Positions 1-12,974 are shown, counted from the stretch's first letter. The stretch is 64,000 bases of DNA from Thermoanaerobaculia bacterium (GCA_963666565.1 OY762911.1:160001-224000); one strand, 5' to 3'. The notes: generated by a model from the sequence alone, not told the origin. Made by a program: numbers and translations.

Positions 1-605
1 CCGGCATCATGGGCGTGCCGCGCACCCTGACCGTCGATGGCTTCGAGTCGCAGTTCGGCGTCAATCACCTCGGCACGTTCGCGCTCACCGGCCTGCTCCT
101 GGCGAAGCTGGAGGAAACCGCGGGCAGCCGGATCGTCGTCACGGCCAGCCTCGCCCACCGCGGTGGCCGGATCCACTGGGAGGACATCGACGGCGCCAAG
201 CTCTACTCTCGCCAGGCGCGCTACCAGCAGAGCAAGCTGGCGAACCTGCTGCACATGGCCGAACTCGACCGGCGGCTCAAGGCCCGAGGCTCGCGGACGA
301 TCGCGGTCGCCTGCCATCCCGGCCTGGCGCAGACCGAGATCGGCCGCGGCTTCCCGCTGATCCAGATGGCGGCGCCCCTGATTCGCACCTTCTTCAACAC
401 CCAGGCGGCGGGCGCCTGGCCGACGCTGATGGCGGCGACCGGGCCCGGCGTCGAGGGCGGCGACTACTACGGACCGTCGCGGTTCGGAGAGCTCAGCGGT
501 CCGGCCGTCAAGGCCTGGTCGAATCCGGCGAGCCGCGACCCGGAACTCGGCAGGAGGTTGTGGGAGCTGTCGGTCGAGATGACGGGAGTGGATCCTGGAA
601 TCTGA
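1..605 (+). CDS. Short-chain dehydrogenase/reductase (retinol dehydrogenase-like), 5'-truncated by window edge
   Basis: Frame opens with (NA)GIM; FESQFGVNHLG, RIVVTAS, catalytic YQQSK (YxxxK), CHPG, C-terminal LWELS. Confidence 0.9.
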   Translation, partial: GIMGVPRTLTVDGFESQFGVNHLGTFALTGLLLAKLEETAGSRIVVTASLAHRGGRIHWEDIDGAKLYSRQARYQQSKLANLLHMAELDRRLKARGSRTIAVACHPGLAQTEIGRGFPLIQMAAPLIRTFFNTQAAGAWPTLMAATGPGVEGGDYYGPSRFGELSGPAVKAWSNPASRDPELGRRLWELSVEMTGVDPGI

Positions 606-621
606 ACGCATTGAAACGCAG

Positions 622-2208
622 GTGCTGATCGTCGGCGGCGGTCCGATCGGCCTCATGGGCTCCCTGCTCCTGTCCCGGCTGGGCGTCAGGTCGCTGGTCG
701 TCGACCTGCGGGGACGCACCAGCACGCACCCGCGGTCCCGCCTGCTGGACGCGCCGTCGGTCGAGTTGATGCGCGAGGTGGGCGTGGAGCAGCAGGTGAT
801 CGACACCGGCCTCGGTCCCGACTGGACCGAGTACAACCGCTGGTTCGACTGCCTGGCGGGCAGGGAGATCTGCCGGGTACCCACACCCTCCTTCCACTCG
901 GTCCGGACCGCCCGCAGTTCCTCCATGCCCGTGATGACGGCGCAGGACTGCGTCGAGGCGATCCTCTTCGACAAGGCTGCGTCGGACCCGAACGTCGACC
1001 TCCGCTTCGACACGACCGCGAGCGGACTGGCCCAGGACGACGCCGGCGTCTCCTGCACCATCCGCGACAACCGCACCGGCAGCGCGACCCTCGTCTCCGC
1101 CGGGTTCGCGATCGGCGCCGACGGCCTGCGCAGTTCGACGCGCGCCGCCATCGGCACGACGCTGGAGGCCGACTTCATGGACGTCTTCTTCCAGGACGTC
1201 ATCTTCGAGGCGGACTTCTCGCAACACACCAGCGACCGCCAGGGCGGCCTGCTCTTCATCGCCCACCCGATGGGCGCGGCCGTCTTCCAGCCGCTCGACG
1301 GCGTGCGCCGCTGGCGCTGCCAGATCGGCGGCTTTGACCGCACGCAGGAGGAGATGACAGCAGAGTTCGCCGAGAAGTGGATCCGATCGGCGCTCGGCGC
1401 GGACGATCCGGTGCCGATCGAAGTGCGGACGATGACCGAGTGGCAGTTCCAGCCGGGCCGCGCAGGCCGTCTCGGCAGGGGCCGCATCTTCCTGGCCGGC
1501 GACGCCGCGCATGTGTTCATCCCGACCGGCGGCCTCGGCAACAACACAGGTTTCGTCGGCATCCGCAACCTGGCCTGGAAGATCGCGTTCGTGCTCCGCG
1601 GCGCCTCGCCCGCTTCCCTGCTCGAGACGTACGACCTCGAGCATCAACCGGTCGCCGAGCAGCGCGTCGCCACCGGGCACCGCAACGCGCAACTGTCCGG
1701 AGGGATCTTCCGGGCGTTCCACGAGGCCGGCGACACGGAAGCGGCCGCCCGGAACTGCCGCCAGTACGGGGAGTACGAGGGGCTGATCTACGGCTACGAG
1801 TTGACGTCGGAACTCTGCGCACGCGACGACGAGCCCGGGCCGGAGGTGGAGCATCCCGTCTGCGACTACGTGCCGGTCGTGCGGTCCGGGCGGCGGGCGC
1901 CGAACCTGTGGCTGGACGGGAGCTGGACGCGTTCCGTCCTCGACTGGAACGGCCTGGGCTACACCGCCGTGCTGGGGGCGCGCGTGGACTCCGCGGCGTG
2001 GCGGGCCGCGGCCGGAGCGCTCGCGGCGAGCGGGTTCCCCATGCGCACCGAACGGCTGCCGGAGGTGGATGCCACCTCGCCCTACGACAACGGTGAGATC
2101 GTTCTCATGCGGCCGGACGGCATCGTTGCCGACCATTGGGACGCCGGCAGTGTGCGTGCCGGCGAAGAAGCGGCGCGGCTGCAACGCATGCTGCCGATGG
2201 CAGGGTGA
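622..2208 (+). CDS. FAD-dependent monooxygenase (PheA/TfdB-like aromatic hydroxylase family)
   Basis: VLIVGGGPIG Rossmann motif, GADG, FLAGDAAH..PTGGLG.N.G, SGRRAP, LMRPDG; frame is open upstream to a possible CTG start at 595. Confidence 0.9.
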   Translation: MLIVGGGPIGLMGSLLLSRLGVRSLVVDLRGRTSTHPRSRLLDAPSVELMREVGVEQQVIDTGLGPDWTEYNRWFDCLAGREICRVPTPSFHSVRTARSSSMPVMTAQDCVEAILFDKAASDPNVDLRFDTTASGLAQDDAGVSCTIRDNRTGSATLVSAGFAIGADGLRSSTRAAIGTTLEADFMDVFFQDVIFEADFSQHTSDRQGGLLFIAHPMGAAVFQPLDGVRRWRCQIGGFDRTQEEMTAEFAEKWIRSALGADDPVPIEVRTMTEWQFQPGRAGRLGRGRIFLAGDAAHVFIPTGGLGNNTGFVGIRNLAWKIAFVLRGASPASLLETYDLEHQPVAEQRVATGHRNAQLSGGIFRAFHEAGDTEAAARNCRQYGEYEGLIYGYELTSELCARDDEPGPEVEHPVCDYVPVVRSGRRAPNLWLDGSWTRSVLDWNGLGYTAVLGARVDSAAWRAAAGALAASGFPMRTERLPEVDATSPYDNGEIVLMRPDGIVADHWDAGSVRAGEEAARLQRMLPMAG

Positions 2209-2244
2209 AGCGGAGCGAGGCTGGCGCCTCGCGCGTTTGCCCAG

Positions 2245-2270
2245 GCCGGAGGGGACGCCGGCGCACCCAG
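2245..2270. repeat. REP-like hairpin variant (GCCGG-AGGGGACG-CCGGC-GCACCCAG)
   Basis: Shares the GCGCACCCAG tail with copies at 38.7 and 48.4 kb; preceded by hairpin GCGAGG-N6-CCTCGC (2215-2232). Confidence 0.55.
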
Positions 2271-3022
2271 TGTGGCGCAGATCAGGGGTTGCGGAGCAAA
2301 CTTGCCCGCACTTCTGGAAGGGCGGAGGCAGGAGCTGGGAGACCTTCATCCTCCAGGAGCTGCTGCCCCACGTCCGCAGTCGATACAACGTGGCGCAGGA
2401 CCGGGCCGGCACGGTGATCGGCGGCGGCTCCGCGGGGGGTCAGGGCACGCTCCGGATCGGCCTCCGCAACCCCGAGACGTTCGCGGCCGCGGCGGCCCTC
2501 GAACCGGGATTCCCGCCGGTGGCCTCCTTCGCCGACCTCGACCTCACGCCCTACGGTCCCGGCGCGATGCGGTTCCTGCACGAGCGCTTCGGCGACCCCT
2601 TCGACGAGGAGTACTGGCGGGCCCGGCATCCGCCGACGATCGTCATCGACAGCGCCGACCGGCTCCGCGCCTCCGGCCTGGAGCTCCTGGTCGAGGCCGG
2701 CGACGAGGACGCGAACCTGACGTACCTGAGCGCCGAACTGCTCCACCGGCTGCTCTTCGACGCCGCGATCCCGCACGAGTACCACCTGGTGCAGGGGGCC
2801 GCCCACACCGGACGCTCGGTCCCGCGCCGTCTCAAGAACGTGCTCGGCTTCTTCCAGCGCGCACTGCGTCCCGAAGGGCCCGACCCGGAGGCCGAGGATC
2901 ACCTGGCCAGGGCCAAACGGAGCGGCCGCTACGCGCCGCGGGTGCCGAACCAGCTCGACTTCGAAACCGTCGACTTCCGGCAGGAGGCCGCCGGCAGCGG
3001 CGAAGGCAGCCCGCCGCCTTGA
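2270..3022 (+). pseudogene. Alpha/beta-hydrolase esterase (S-formylglutathione hydrolase-like), apparently N-terminally truncated
   Basis: WETFILQELLP, GGSAGG (GxSxG), GDED and AAH triad elements present; the family's N-terminal LHG region is not visible. Confidence 0.55.
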
Positions 3023-4170
3023 GAATCGACCGCCTCGAGCTGTACCACGTCAGGTCGCCGCTGCCGGCACCGCTCCACGTGGCCGCGCAGCCCGGCCACG
3101 GGCAGACCCACAACAAGTTGACGTTCGTCCGCATGACGACGGACGAAGGCGTCGTCGGCGAGTCGGCCGGGATGACTCTGGGCCGGTTTCACGCAGGCCT
3201 GGGCGACGCCCTGGGACCGTTCATTCTCGGCCGCGACCCGCTCGACATCGAGGACTTCGGCAGCGTCCTCGACGCCGGGGAGGCGCTCGGCATCCGCCTG
3301 GCCTGGCTCGAACCGGCGCTGTGGGACATCGCCGGCAAGGTCGAGGGCCAGCCCGTGTACGAGCTGCTTGGCGGCGGCAGGGACAAGCTCAGGGCCTACG
3401 CATCGACCTCCGAGCTTCGACCGCCCGACGAGCGCGCCGAGAACCTGCTCGAGCTCAAGGAGATGGGCTTCGGCGCCGTCAAGCTCCGCGCCCACTACCC
3501 GGACTGGCGCGACGACGTGGCAGTCATCGAGCGGGCGCGCGAAGCGGTCGGACCCGACCTGGCGCTGATGGTCGACGCGAACCAGGGCTTCCACTTCTCG
3601 CTCCTGCCGGGCGCGCCGCCGAAGTGGGACGTCGACATCGCGGCCGCGTTCGCGAGCGCGATCGAGACCTGCGACATGACCTGGATCGAGGAGCCGCTCG
3701 ACCGCAACGACTACGCGGCGCTCGCCGAACTCCGCCAGCGAACTTCGATTCCGCTAGCCGGAGGGGAGCTGAACTGGCGGCTCAACGAGTACGGACTACT
3801 GCTCGAGAAGCAGTCCCTCGACATCCTCCAGGCCGACGCCATGTTCTTCGGCGGCATCGCGGGATGCCGGAAGGTGGCCGCCCTCGCCGAAGCGAACGGC
3901 CTGGCCTTCGCCGCCCACACATGGAACAACGGCTTCGCCCTGCTCGCCAACCTCCACCTGATGGCCGCCAGCCCCAACTGCGAGTGGTGCGAGTTCCCCT
4001 ACGAACCGCCGGGCTGGACCACGGAGGGCCGCGACGCGCTGCTGGCCGAGACGACCGAGATCGATGAAGACGGCTTCGTCCACCTTCCGCAGCGCCCCGG
4101 CCTCGGCATAGTGCTCGACGAGGACAAGCTGGAGAGCTTCGGCGAACGGTTCTACGACGGCCGCGCGTGA
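3019..4170 (+). CDS. Mandelate racemase/muconate-lactonizing enzyme (enolase superfamily)
   Basis: TTG start overlapping upstream TGA; ALWDIAGK...PVYELLGG, KLR, MVDAN, IEEP, GGE, AAH. Confidence 0.9.
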   Translation: MRIDRLELYHVRSPLPAPLHVAAQPGHGQTHNKLTFVRMTTDEGVVGESAGMTLGRFHAGLGDALGPFILGRDPLDIEDFGSVLDAGEALGIRLAWLEPALWDIAGKVEGQPVYELLGGGRDKLRAYASTSELRPPDERAENLLELKEMGFGAVKLRAHYPDWRDDVAVIERAREAVGPDLALMVDANQGFHFSLLPGAPPKWDVDIAAAFASAIETCDMTWIEEPLDRNDYAALAELRQRTSIPLAGGELNWRLNEYGLLLEKQSLDILQADAMFFGGIAGCRKVAALAEANGLAFAAHTWNNGFALLANLHLMAASPNCEWCEFPYEPPGWTTEGRDALLAETTEIDEDGFVHLPQRPGLGIVLDEDKLESFGERFYDGRA

Positions 4171-4243
4171 GTTCCGGCGAGCGGCAAACCGTCCGCGTGA
4201 AGACCGCGCGTCTCCCACCGGCCCGGTACGCCAGCCCGTTCTT

Positions 4244-7200
4244 CTACGGCGGGAAGTCGGGCGGCATCCACGTTGGCAGGTCGGCAATCGAGTCGCGAGC
4301 CTCCTGAGACGTCGGCACTCCCCAGTTCTCGAAGAACGGACCGAGGTTGCGGCCCACCTGGCGCGAGAAGCGCACGAGCCACTGGTCGCGCTTCTCATCG
4401 TCGCTCTTCGGGCGCTCGTCGTCCGGCAGGTCGCGGTACGTTGCGAACACCTGCCGATAGGCGTCCCAACCGAACGCCTGCTGCATTTGCTGGTACATGA
4501 CCAGGGCCAGGAAGGGTTCGCGCTTCCAAAGCTCGAAGTCCGGGTCGTCGAAGTCGTAGAGCGCCATCTGCTCGGCCTGAAAGGCGGCCGAACCCCGCCA
4601 GTTCTCGGCGACTGGAATCCCGCAAAGGAACTCGTAGACGTAGAGAGTGAAGAGGTTGACGGTCACCTCGACCGTGCCGTCGAAGGTCCAGTCGTAGTTC
4701 TGGTGGTTATGACCCACCTCGTGGAAGAACCCCCAGTTGCTCTGGGTCCAGTCATACCGGCACGTGCGAATGTGCATCGCGTCCACGAGATGGGCAGATT
4801 GATCCAGGTGCGCCATCAAGGGATAGCCGGCGTGCATGTAGCCAACCGAGATCTGCTCGTCGACGACGAACCGCTCCGGATACCGGCGTGCCGACGGGGC
4901 CCAGGCGGCCAGTTCCGCGCTCAGGTCGAGCACCCGGTCCCAGACTTCGGCCACCGCCGCCGCGTCGTCGAGGTCACGCACTTCGCTCGACCTGGTCGTG
5001 ACGATCATGTTCCGCCCGGCGATCTCGGCCCAGGGCGCCGGTGCGTGGCGAATCTCGTTGCGCCAGGCGACCGGGTCCGTCTCGCCCAGCACGAAGAGGG
5101 GCGCCGCGACAGCGCCCGAGATTTCGACCGTGATGCGCCCCAGGCCTGCGTCTTCGGGAACTTCGACGTAGATCAGACCGCCGAAGGCGTTGGCGACAGG
5201 CGTCGTTGTGGCGACGACGGGAAAGGAACGGCTGACCACGGGCATGCGCCGCCACTCCGGCAGCCCGGAGATGTCGTCCGTGTGGGCGCCGACGAGGACG
5301 GAGAACCTCCCGTCCGTTGCCGCGCCGGCCGGCAACTGCACATGCGCCAGTTCTCCCGGCGCGGCGTAGAGTCCGGTCGAGTGCCTGCGAGGAACAGCCG
5401 TGTCGATGGCGAAGCGACGAACAACTCGCGGGGCGTTGGCAGGCACCGGTCCCGGGAAGTCCCCCGCAGTGGGGTGAGCGCGCAACTGCTCGGGAGGAGT
5501 GTGCCGATGGACCGCCGCGCTGAGTGCAGCGGCGAGACGGGATGCCAGGTCCGCGCGGCGTACCGGTCTCTCAACCGAAGGCCACCGCCAGTCGCTCCTG
5601 TCCAGGAGCGCTTGTACGCGCGGCCGAAACAAGGCGTCGTCCCCAGGTGCGCAGACCAGGGCACGCTCCACGCTGTAGAGCGCCAGATCGACCTCGGACT
5701 GCGTCAGAGCGCGGTTGCCGGCGATGTATGCCTCGATCGCCTCGACCGCCTTGCCGGCGTGCGTCAGCAGGTAGCCGGGGTCGGCGATGTTGCCAGCCCG
5801 TGACTCGCGTGCGAGCGGCGCATAGTCATCCCACTGGATGCCGGCAGCCGCGAGCAACGGGTTGCCGGGGAAATCGAGATCGGGGAAGAGCTGGCGCCAG
5901 GCCCAGGCGGTTGTGGCCGTCACCAACCCTCCTCCGCCGCGAACGAACGCCGACAGCGCTTCAAGTTCGGCTGCACTTCGGTTCCACGTCCGCGTACCCA
6001 GGGCTACGACATCGACAGTGCGCAGCGACTCGGGAGTGAAGGCAACCTCTACTGCATCGTAGCCAGCCCGTCGCAGCCAGGGCCGCAGGTCGCCCGCGTC
6101 GACGATGCCGACGGTTGGGCGGCTCTTCCTCCCGGCCCAACGGAGAGCGTTCGTCATCAGGCGCCCGTTGTCCATCGTCTCGAGTCCGAGGCGCGAGATG
6201 TACTCGTCGTGACCCAGGACGACGACGCGACCGGCGGCCCAGGGGCCGGCAGCGACGGCCGGGGCGCGCACGTCGCGTACCGCGGAGACGATGACCGGGA
6301 AGGCCTCCGGGCCATAGACGCAGAGGGGGCCGGGGTAGCCTCGAATGCCGACCTTCGTCACGCCGTCGAGCAGAGCATCAAGGTCGTCTCCGAACCCTTG
6401 ATCGTCGTCGCCGGTGTCGTCGTCACCCGTGTCGTCGTCGCCGGTGTCCTCGTCCGCACAGGGAAAGAACCCCGTGTCGCTTCGGGTAGTTGCCGTCGCG
6501 CCCCCGGAATTGCCATGCGTCCAGCGGCGCCCAGTGGGACCCGTCACCCAAAGATCGAACTCCAGCGTGGTGACCGGCGCCACGAAGACCCAGCGATGAC
6601 CGTTGTGGGAGCAGCCGTCCAGAACCTTCACGAGCACTTCCGCGTTGCCGCGGTCGAAGAACCACAGCAAGCCGGCCTGACCGGAAGACCAGATTCCGGA
6701 CTTGGCCTGACCCATCTCGCCACCAGGAGTGCGATAGCACATGCTGACCGTGTAGCCGCCATCGAACTCGAGTGCCGTCGTCGCCGGCGTACAGCCCGCC
6801 GCGGCAGACGGTTGAAGGTCGCTTGCAAGTCGCCGGGCGCCGCCAGACGACGCGTCTCCAACGGCGACCTCGTCTTCGCACCGGAAGGCGGTCGTGTCGC
6901 TCTTCGCCGAGGCGGTTTCTCCTTGCGCGTTGCTGTGCGACCAACGCTGTCCGGAAGGAGCCGTGACCCGGAGGTTGAACTCGAGAGTCGTGACGGGCGC
7001 CACGAAGACCCAACGGTGGCCGTTGTGGGAACAGCCGTCCAGGACCTTGACCAGCACTTCCGCGTTGCCGCGGTCGAAGAACCAGAGCAGCCCGGCTTGC
7101 CCGGAAGCCCAGATGCCGGCCCTGGCTTGGCCTACTTCTCCGTCCGGTGTTCGATAGCACATGGCGACTTCGTAGCCGCCGTCGAACTGAAGCGCCGTCG

Positions 7201-7387
7201 TCGCCGGCGTACAGCCGGCCACGGACGGTTCGCGGTTCGGGTCGGTTCCCGCGAAGGAGGTTGCCGGCACACGCGGATCTTCCAGCACGAGGAGATCCCG
7301 CCCCCGTTCGTCAGCCAGAAGCGCGCCGAAAGCCAGCGCCAGGAAGACCGGCCCCGACACTACGGCGCACGTACCGTAGACCATCAT
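4244..7387 (-). CDS. Secreted M60-like (TCAF/enhancin) metallopeptidase with two tandem N-terminal Cys-containing domains
   Basis: STGLYAAPGE, APWAEI, GYMHAGYP, WGFFHEVGHNHQ (HExxH) followed by EVTVN; hydrophobic N-terminus. Confidence 0.88.
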   Translation of the reverse strand: MMVYGTCAVVSGPVFLALAFGALLADERGRDLLVLEDPRVPATSFAGTDPNREPSVAGCTPATTALQFDGGYEVAMCYRTPDGEVGQARAGIWASGQAGLLWFFDRGNAEVLVKVLDGCSHNGHRWVFVAPVTTLEFNLRVTAPSGQRWSHSNAQGETASAKSDTTAFRCEDEVAVGDASSGGARRLASDLQPSAAAGCTPATTALEFDGGYTVSMCYRTPGGEMGQAKSGIWSSGQAGLLWFFDRGNAEVLVKVLDGCSHNGHRWVFVAPVTTLEFDLWVTGPTGRRWTHGNSGGATATTRSDTGFFPCADEDTGDDDTGDDDTGDDDQGFGDDLDALLDGVTKVGIRGYPGPLCVYGPEAFPVIVSAVRDVRAPAVAAGPWAAGRVVVLGHDEYISRLGLETMDNGRLMTNALRWAGRKSRPTVGIVDAGDLRPWLRRAGYDAVEVAFTPESLRTVDVVALGTRTWNRSAAELEALSAFVRGGGGLVTATTAWAWRQLFPDLDFPGNPLLAAAGIQWDDYAPLARESRAGNIADPGYLLTHAGKAVEAIEAYIAGNRALTQSEVDLALYSVERALVCAPGDDALFRPRVQALLDRSDWRWPSVERPVRRADLASRLAAALSAAVHRHTPPEQLRAHPTAGDFPGPVPANAPRVVRRFAIDTAVPRRHSTGLYAAPGELAHVQLPAGAATDGRFSVLVGAHTDDISGLPEWRRMPVVSRSFPVVATTTPVANAFGGLIYVEVPEDAGLGRITVEISGAVAAPLFVLGETDPVAWRNEIRHAPAPWAEIAGRNMIVTTRSSEVRDLDDAAAVAEVWDRVLDLSAELAAWAPSARRYPERFVVDEQISVGYMHAGYPLMAHLDQSAHLVDAMHIRTCRYDWTQSNWGFFHEVGHNHQNYDWTFDGTVEVTVNLFTLYVYEFLCGIPVAENWRGSAAFQAEQMALYDFDDPDFELWKREPFLALVMYQQMQQAFGWDAYRQVFATYRDLPDDERPKSDDEKRDQWLVRFSRQVGRNLGPFFENWGVPTSQEARDSIADLPTWMPPDFPP
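6401..6454 (-). repeat. 15-bp tandem repeat encoding (DDDTG)n acidic linker
   Basis: EDTGDDDTGDDDTGDDD in the translation. Confidence 0.85.
6458..7219 (-). repeat. Intragenic duplication of a ~114-aa domain (period 420 nt)
   Basis: Both copies read GCTPATTAL..FDGGY...MCYRTP.G...GQAGLLWFFDRGNAEVLVKVLDGCSHNGHRWVFVAPVTTLEF. Confidence 0.95.
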
Positions 7388-7540
7388 TGAACGTTACCAG
7401 TTGCCCAACGAACGGCACAACGCCCGTTTGGCGGCATCAATCCGGGCTGTCCCTTCGGCGGGCCCGGCACCTCGGGAACTCCGGTCCGCATCGGGGCGGC
7501 AGCCTGCCGGCTCTTCCCGATCGGTGAGAATGTGCGGGCA

Positions 7541-10306
<2,766 letters not shown>

Positions 10307-10386
10307 AGCGCGAGGCCGTCGCACGGTTCCAGCGCTCCCCACCATGTGCGATCGCGTCCCCGCCGCCTTGCGGGCGGCCGGTCCGC

Positions 10387-12105
10387 CTACTCCGCTGCAG
10401 CCGCCAAGAGCTCCGCGGCGGCCGAGCGGGAAACGTCGGTGACCTCTTCGCCGGCCAGCATGCGGGCCACCTCCTCGACCCGGCGTTCGTCATCGAGACT
10501 TTGAACGTCGACCCGGGTGCGGCCGGCGCGGACGTCCTTCCTGACTTCGAGGTGGCGGCTGCCCCGGCTCGCCACCTGGGGCAGGTGGGTCACCGCGAGG
10601 ATCTGGCCGCCATCGGCCAGGCGCTGGAGCTTGCGGCCGACGATCGCCGCCTCGGCGCCGCCGACGCCGGAGTCCACCTCGTCGAAGACGACGGTCGCGG
10701 TCTCCGCCGATCCGCCGCCGCGCACCGCGGTCTGGAGCGCCAGGAACAGGCGCGCCAGTTCGCCGCCCGAAGCGACCCGCGACAGCGGGCGGAGTTCCTC
10801 GCCCGGGTTGGCGCTGAAGCGATAGGCGACCTGGTCGACGCCCTGGCGGCCGAAGGCCACGCGCTCGCCCCCCAGTCCCAGCGGACTATCGGGGCGCGGG
10901 AGCCGCCCAACCTCGACCTCGAACGCGGCCCGCTCGAACGCCAGATCCCGCAGGTGGCCCAGGACCGCCCCCTCCAGCGCCGAGGCCAACTCGCGGCGCG
11001 CGGCGGACAGCGCCTCGGCACGTCCGGCGTACTCCAGAAGCCGGACCTCGGCCTCCCGCTGCACCTCGTCCCGACGCACGTCCGCCGTCTCGAGTTCCAC
11101 CAGCTCCTCGGCCAAGCGCCGGCCGTGCTCCAGCACGTCGGCGCTGGTGCCACCGTACTTCCGGGTCAGGCGCTCGATCACGCTCAGACGTTCTTCGACC
11201 CGGTCGAGCCGTCCGGGATCGTCCGCATCCGAACCGGCGGAGCGCGCCCGCAGATCGGCAGCAACGTCGTTCACCAGGGTGCCCGCCTCGGCCAGGGTGC
11301 CGGCCCAGGCCGCGGCCTCGGGCTGCCAGCGGGCGATGTCGCGCAGCGCGCCGCCGGCCTGCGCGATCCGGCCGTCGGCCGGCTGCTCGTCGTCGCTGAG
11401 CAGGGCGAGCGCCCGGTGCAGGGCGCCGGCGATCGCCTCGGCGTGGCGCAGCGCTTCCCGCTCGGTCCGCAGTTCGTCGTCCTCGCCGGCCACGAGCCGC
11501 GCGCCGTCGATCTCCGATGTCTGGAACTTCAGCAGGTCGATCCGCTCCAGGCGCAGCCGATCGTCGCCGCTCAGGCGCTCGAGCAGATCGGCGGTCTCGC
11601 GCCAGTCGTCCCAGGCGCGGGCGCACGAGGCAGCGAGCGCCGTCAGAGCGTCGCCGCCGGAGCGATCGAGCCAGGACCGCTGGAGATCCGCCGACAGCAT
11701 GCCGAGCTCGTCCCGCTGGCCGAAGATGCGGATCAGCCCGCGGGTCGCCTCCGCGAGAAGCCGCAGGGTCACCGGCTGGTCGTTGACGAACACGCGGTTT
11801 CGTCCGGCCCGGGTCACCTCGCGGCGCACCAGGAGCTCCTTCCCCTCGGCCGCCAGGCCCGCCTCTTCGAGCGGCTGCCGCCAGTCGTCGTCCGCGGGCT
11901 CGAAGACGCCGCTCACGACCAGGGTTTCGGCGCCGGTGCGAATCGCGTCCGAACTCGCGCGCCCTCCCGCCAGCAGGGAAAGCGAGTCCACGACCAGGGA
12001 CTTGCCCGCGCCCGTCTCGCCGGTGACGACGTTGAGCCCCGGCCCGAACTCGAGCTCCGCCCGCTCGATCACGGCCAGGTTGCGAACGTGCAGCGAGCGC
12101 AGCAT
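10387..12105 (-). CDS. recN: DNA repair protein RecN
   Basis: TGETGAGKS Walker A, ASGGELAR signature, VFDEVDSGVGG, VTHLPQVA. Confidence 0.97.
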   Translation of the reverse strand: MLRSLHVRNLAVIERAELEFGPGLNVVTGETGAGKSLVVDSLSLLAGGRASSDAIRTGAETLVVSGVFEPADDDWRQPLEEAGLAAEGKELLVRREVTRAGRNRVFVNDQPVTLRLLAEATRGLIRIFGQRDELGMLSADLQRSWLDRSGGDALTALAASCARAWDDWRETADLLERLSGDDRLRLERIDLLKFQTSEIDGARLVAGEDDELRTEREALRHAEAIAGALHRALALLSDDEQPADGRIAQAGGALRDIARWQPEAAAWAGTLAEAGTLVNDVAADLRARSAGSDADDPGRLDRVEERLSVIERLTRKYGGTSADVLEHGRRLAEELVELETADVRRDEVQREAEVRLLEYAGRAEALSAARRELASALEGAVLGHLRDLAFERAAFEVEVGRLPRPDSPLGLGGERVAFGRQGVDQVAYRFSANPGEELRPLSRVASGGELARLFLALQTAVRGGGSAETATVVFDEVDSGVGGAEAAIVGRKLQRLADGGQILAVTHLPQVASRGSRHLEVRKDVRAGRTRVDVQSLDDERRVEEVARMLAGEEVTDVSRSAAAELLAAAAE

Positions 12106-12125
12106 GGGGGTGCCCTGCCCGCGGG

Positions 12126-12974
12126 CTAGTCGTCGGTCACCAGTTCGCCGGCGCGCGACGCGGCCTCGACGATCGCCTTGATCAGGGTCACCCGCAGGCC
12201 GCCTTCCTCGAGGCGCAGGATGCCGTCGACGGTGCAGCCCGCCGGCGTCGTCACCTCGTCCTTGAGCAGGGCCGGGTGGCGGTCCGTGTCGATCACCATC
12301 TTGCCCGCGCCGAGGCAGGTCTGGGCGGCCAGCTCGATGGCCATCTTGCGCGGCAGGCCGACCTTCACGCCGCCCTCGGCCAGCGCCTCGATCACGACGT
12401 AGAGGAACGCCGGCCCCGAAGCCGAGAGCCCGGTGATCGCGTCCATGTGCTTCTCGTCCGCGACCACGGTGCGCCCGAGGGGAAGGAACAGGCGCGTGGA
12501 CGCCTCCAGGTGCTCGGCGGATGCGTGGCGGCCGGCGCAGATCGCGGTCATGCCGGCGCCGACGCGGCTCGGCGTGTTCGGCATCGACCGCACCACCGGA
12601 ATCGGTCCCGGCAGGCGATCCTCGATGTAGGACGTGGTCACCGAGGCCAGGATCGAGACGACCAGCTGTTCCGGCTCGAGGGCGTCGCCGATCTCGGCCA
12701 GGACCAGGTCGGCGGTCTGCGGCTTGACCGCCAGCATCACGATGTCGGCGCCCCGGACCGCGGCCCGGTTGTCGACCGTGCCGTCGACGCCCAGGTCCCG
12801 CGCCACACGGCGGACCCGGTCGGCATGGCCGGCCGTGGCGACGATCGAACCGGCGTCGACCGCGCCGGCGTCCAGCCAGCCGCCGATCAGGGTCTGGCCC
12901 ATCTTCCCCGCGCCGATCACGGCGACGCGGGGGCCGCCGCTCCGGGCGGCGTCCGTGTCGATATTCGTGGTCAC
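12126..12974 (-). CDS. proC: Pyrroline-5-carboxylate reductase
   Basis: IGAGKMG, LAVKPQ, RSMPNTP, TGLSASGPAF, VTTPAG. Confidence 0.95.
   Translation of the reverse strand: MTTNIDTDAARSGGPRVAVIGAGKMGQTLIGGWLDAGAVDAGSIVATAGHADRVRRVARDLGVDGTVDNRAAVRGADIVMLAVKPQTADLVLAEIGDALEPEQLVVSILASVTTSYIEDRLPGPIPVVRSMPNTPSRVGAGMTAICAGRHASAEHLEASTRLFLPLGRTVVADEKHMDAITGLSASGPAFLYVVIEALAEGGVKVGLPRKMAIELAAQTCLGAGKMVIDTDRHPALLKDEVTTPAGCTVDGILRLEEGGLRVTLIKAIVEAASRAGELVTDD

Noticed and set aside
2272-3018. 632-aa ORF as an N-terminally extended enolase-family fusion
   Set aside because: The extension is an Arg/Pro-rich alternate frame of the esterase; the real start is TTG 3019.
4171-4243. Additional REP copy between the enolase-family gene and the M60 gene
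   Set aside because: GAAGACCGCGCG..CCCA resemblance is too short and lacks an intact stem.
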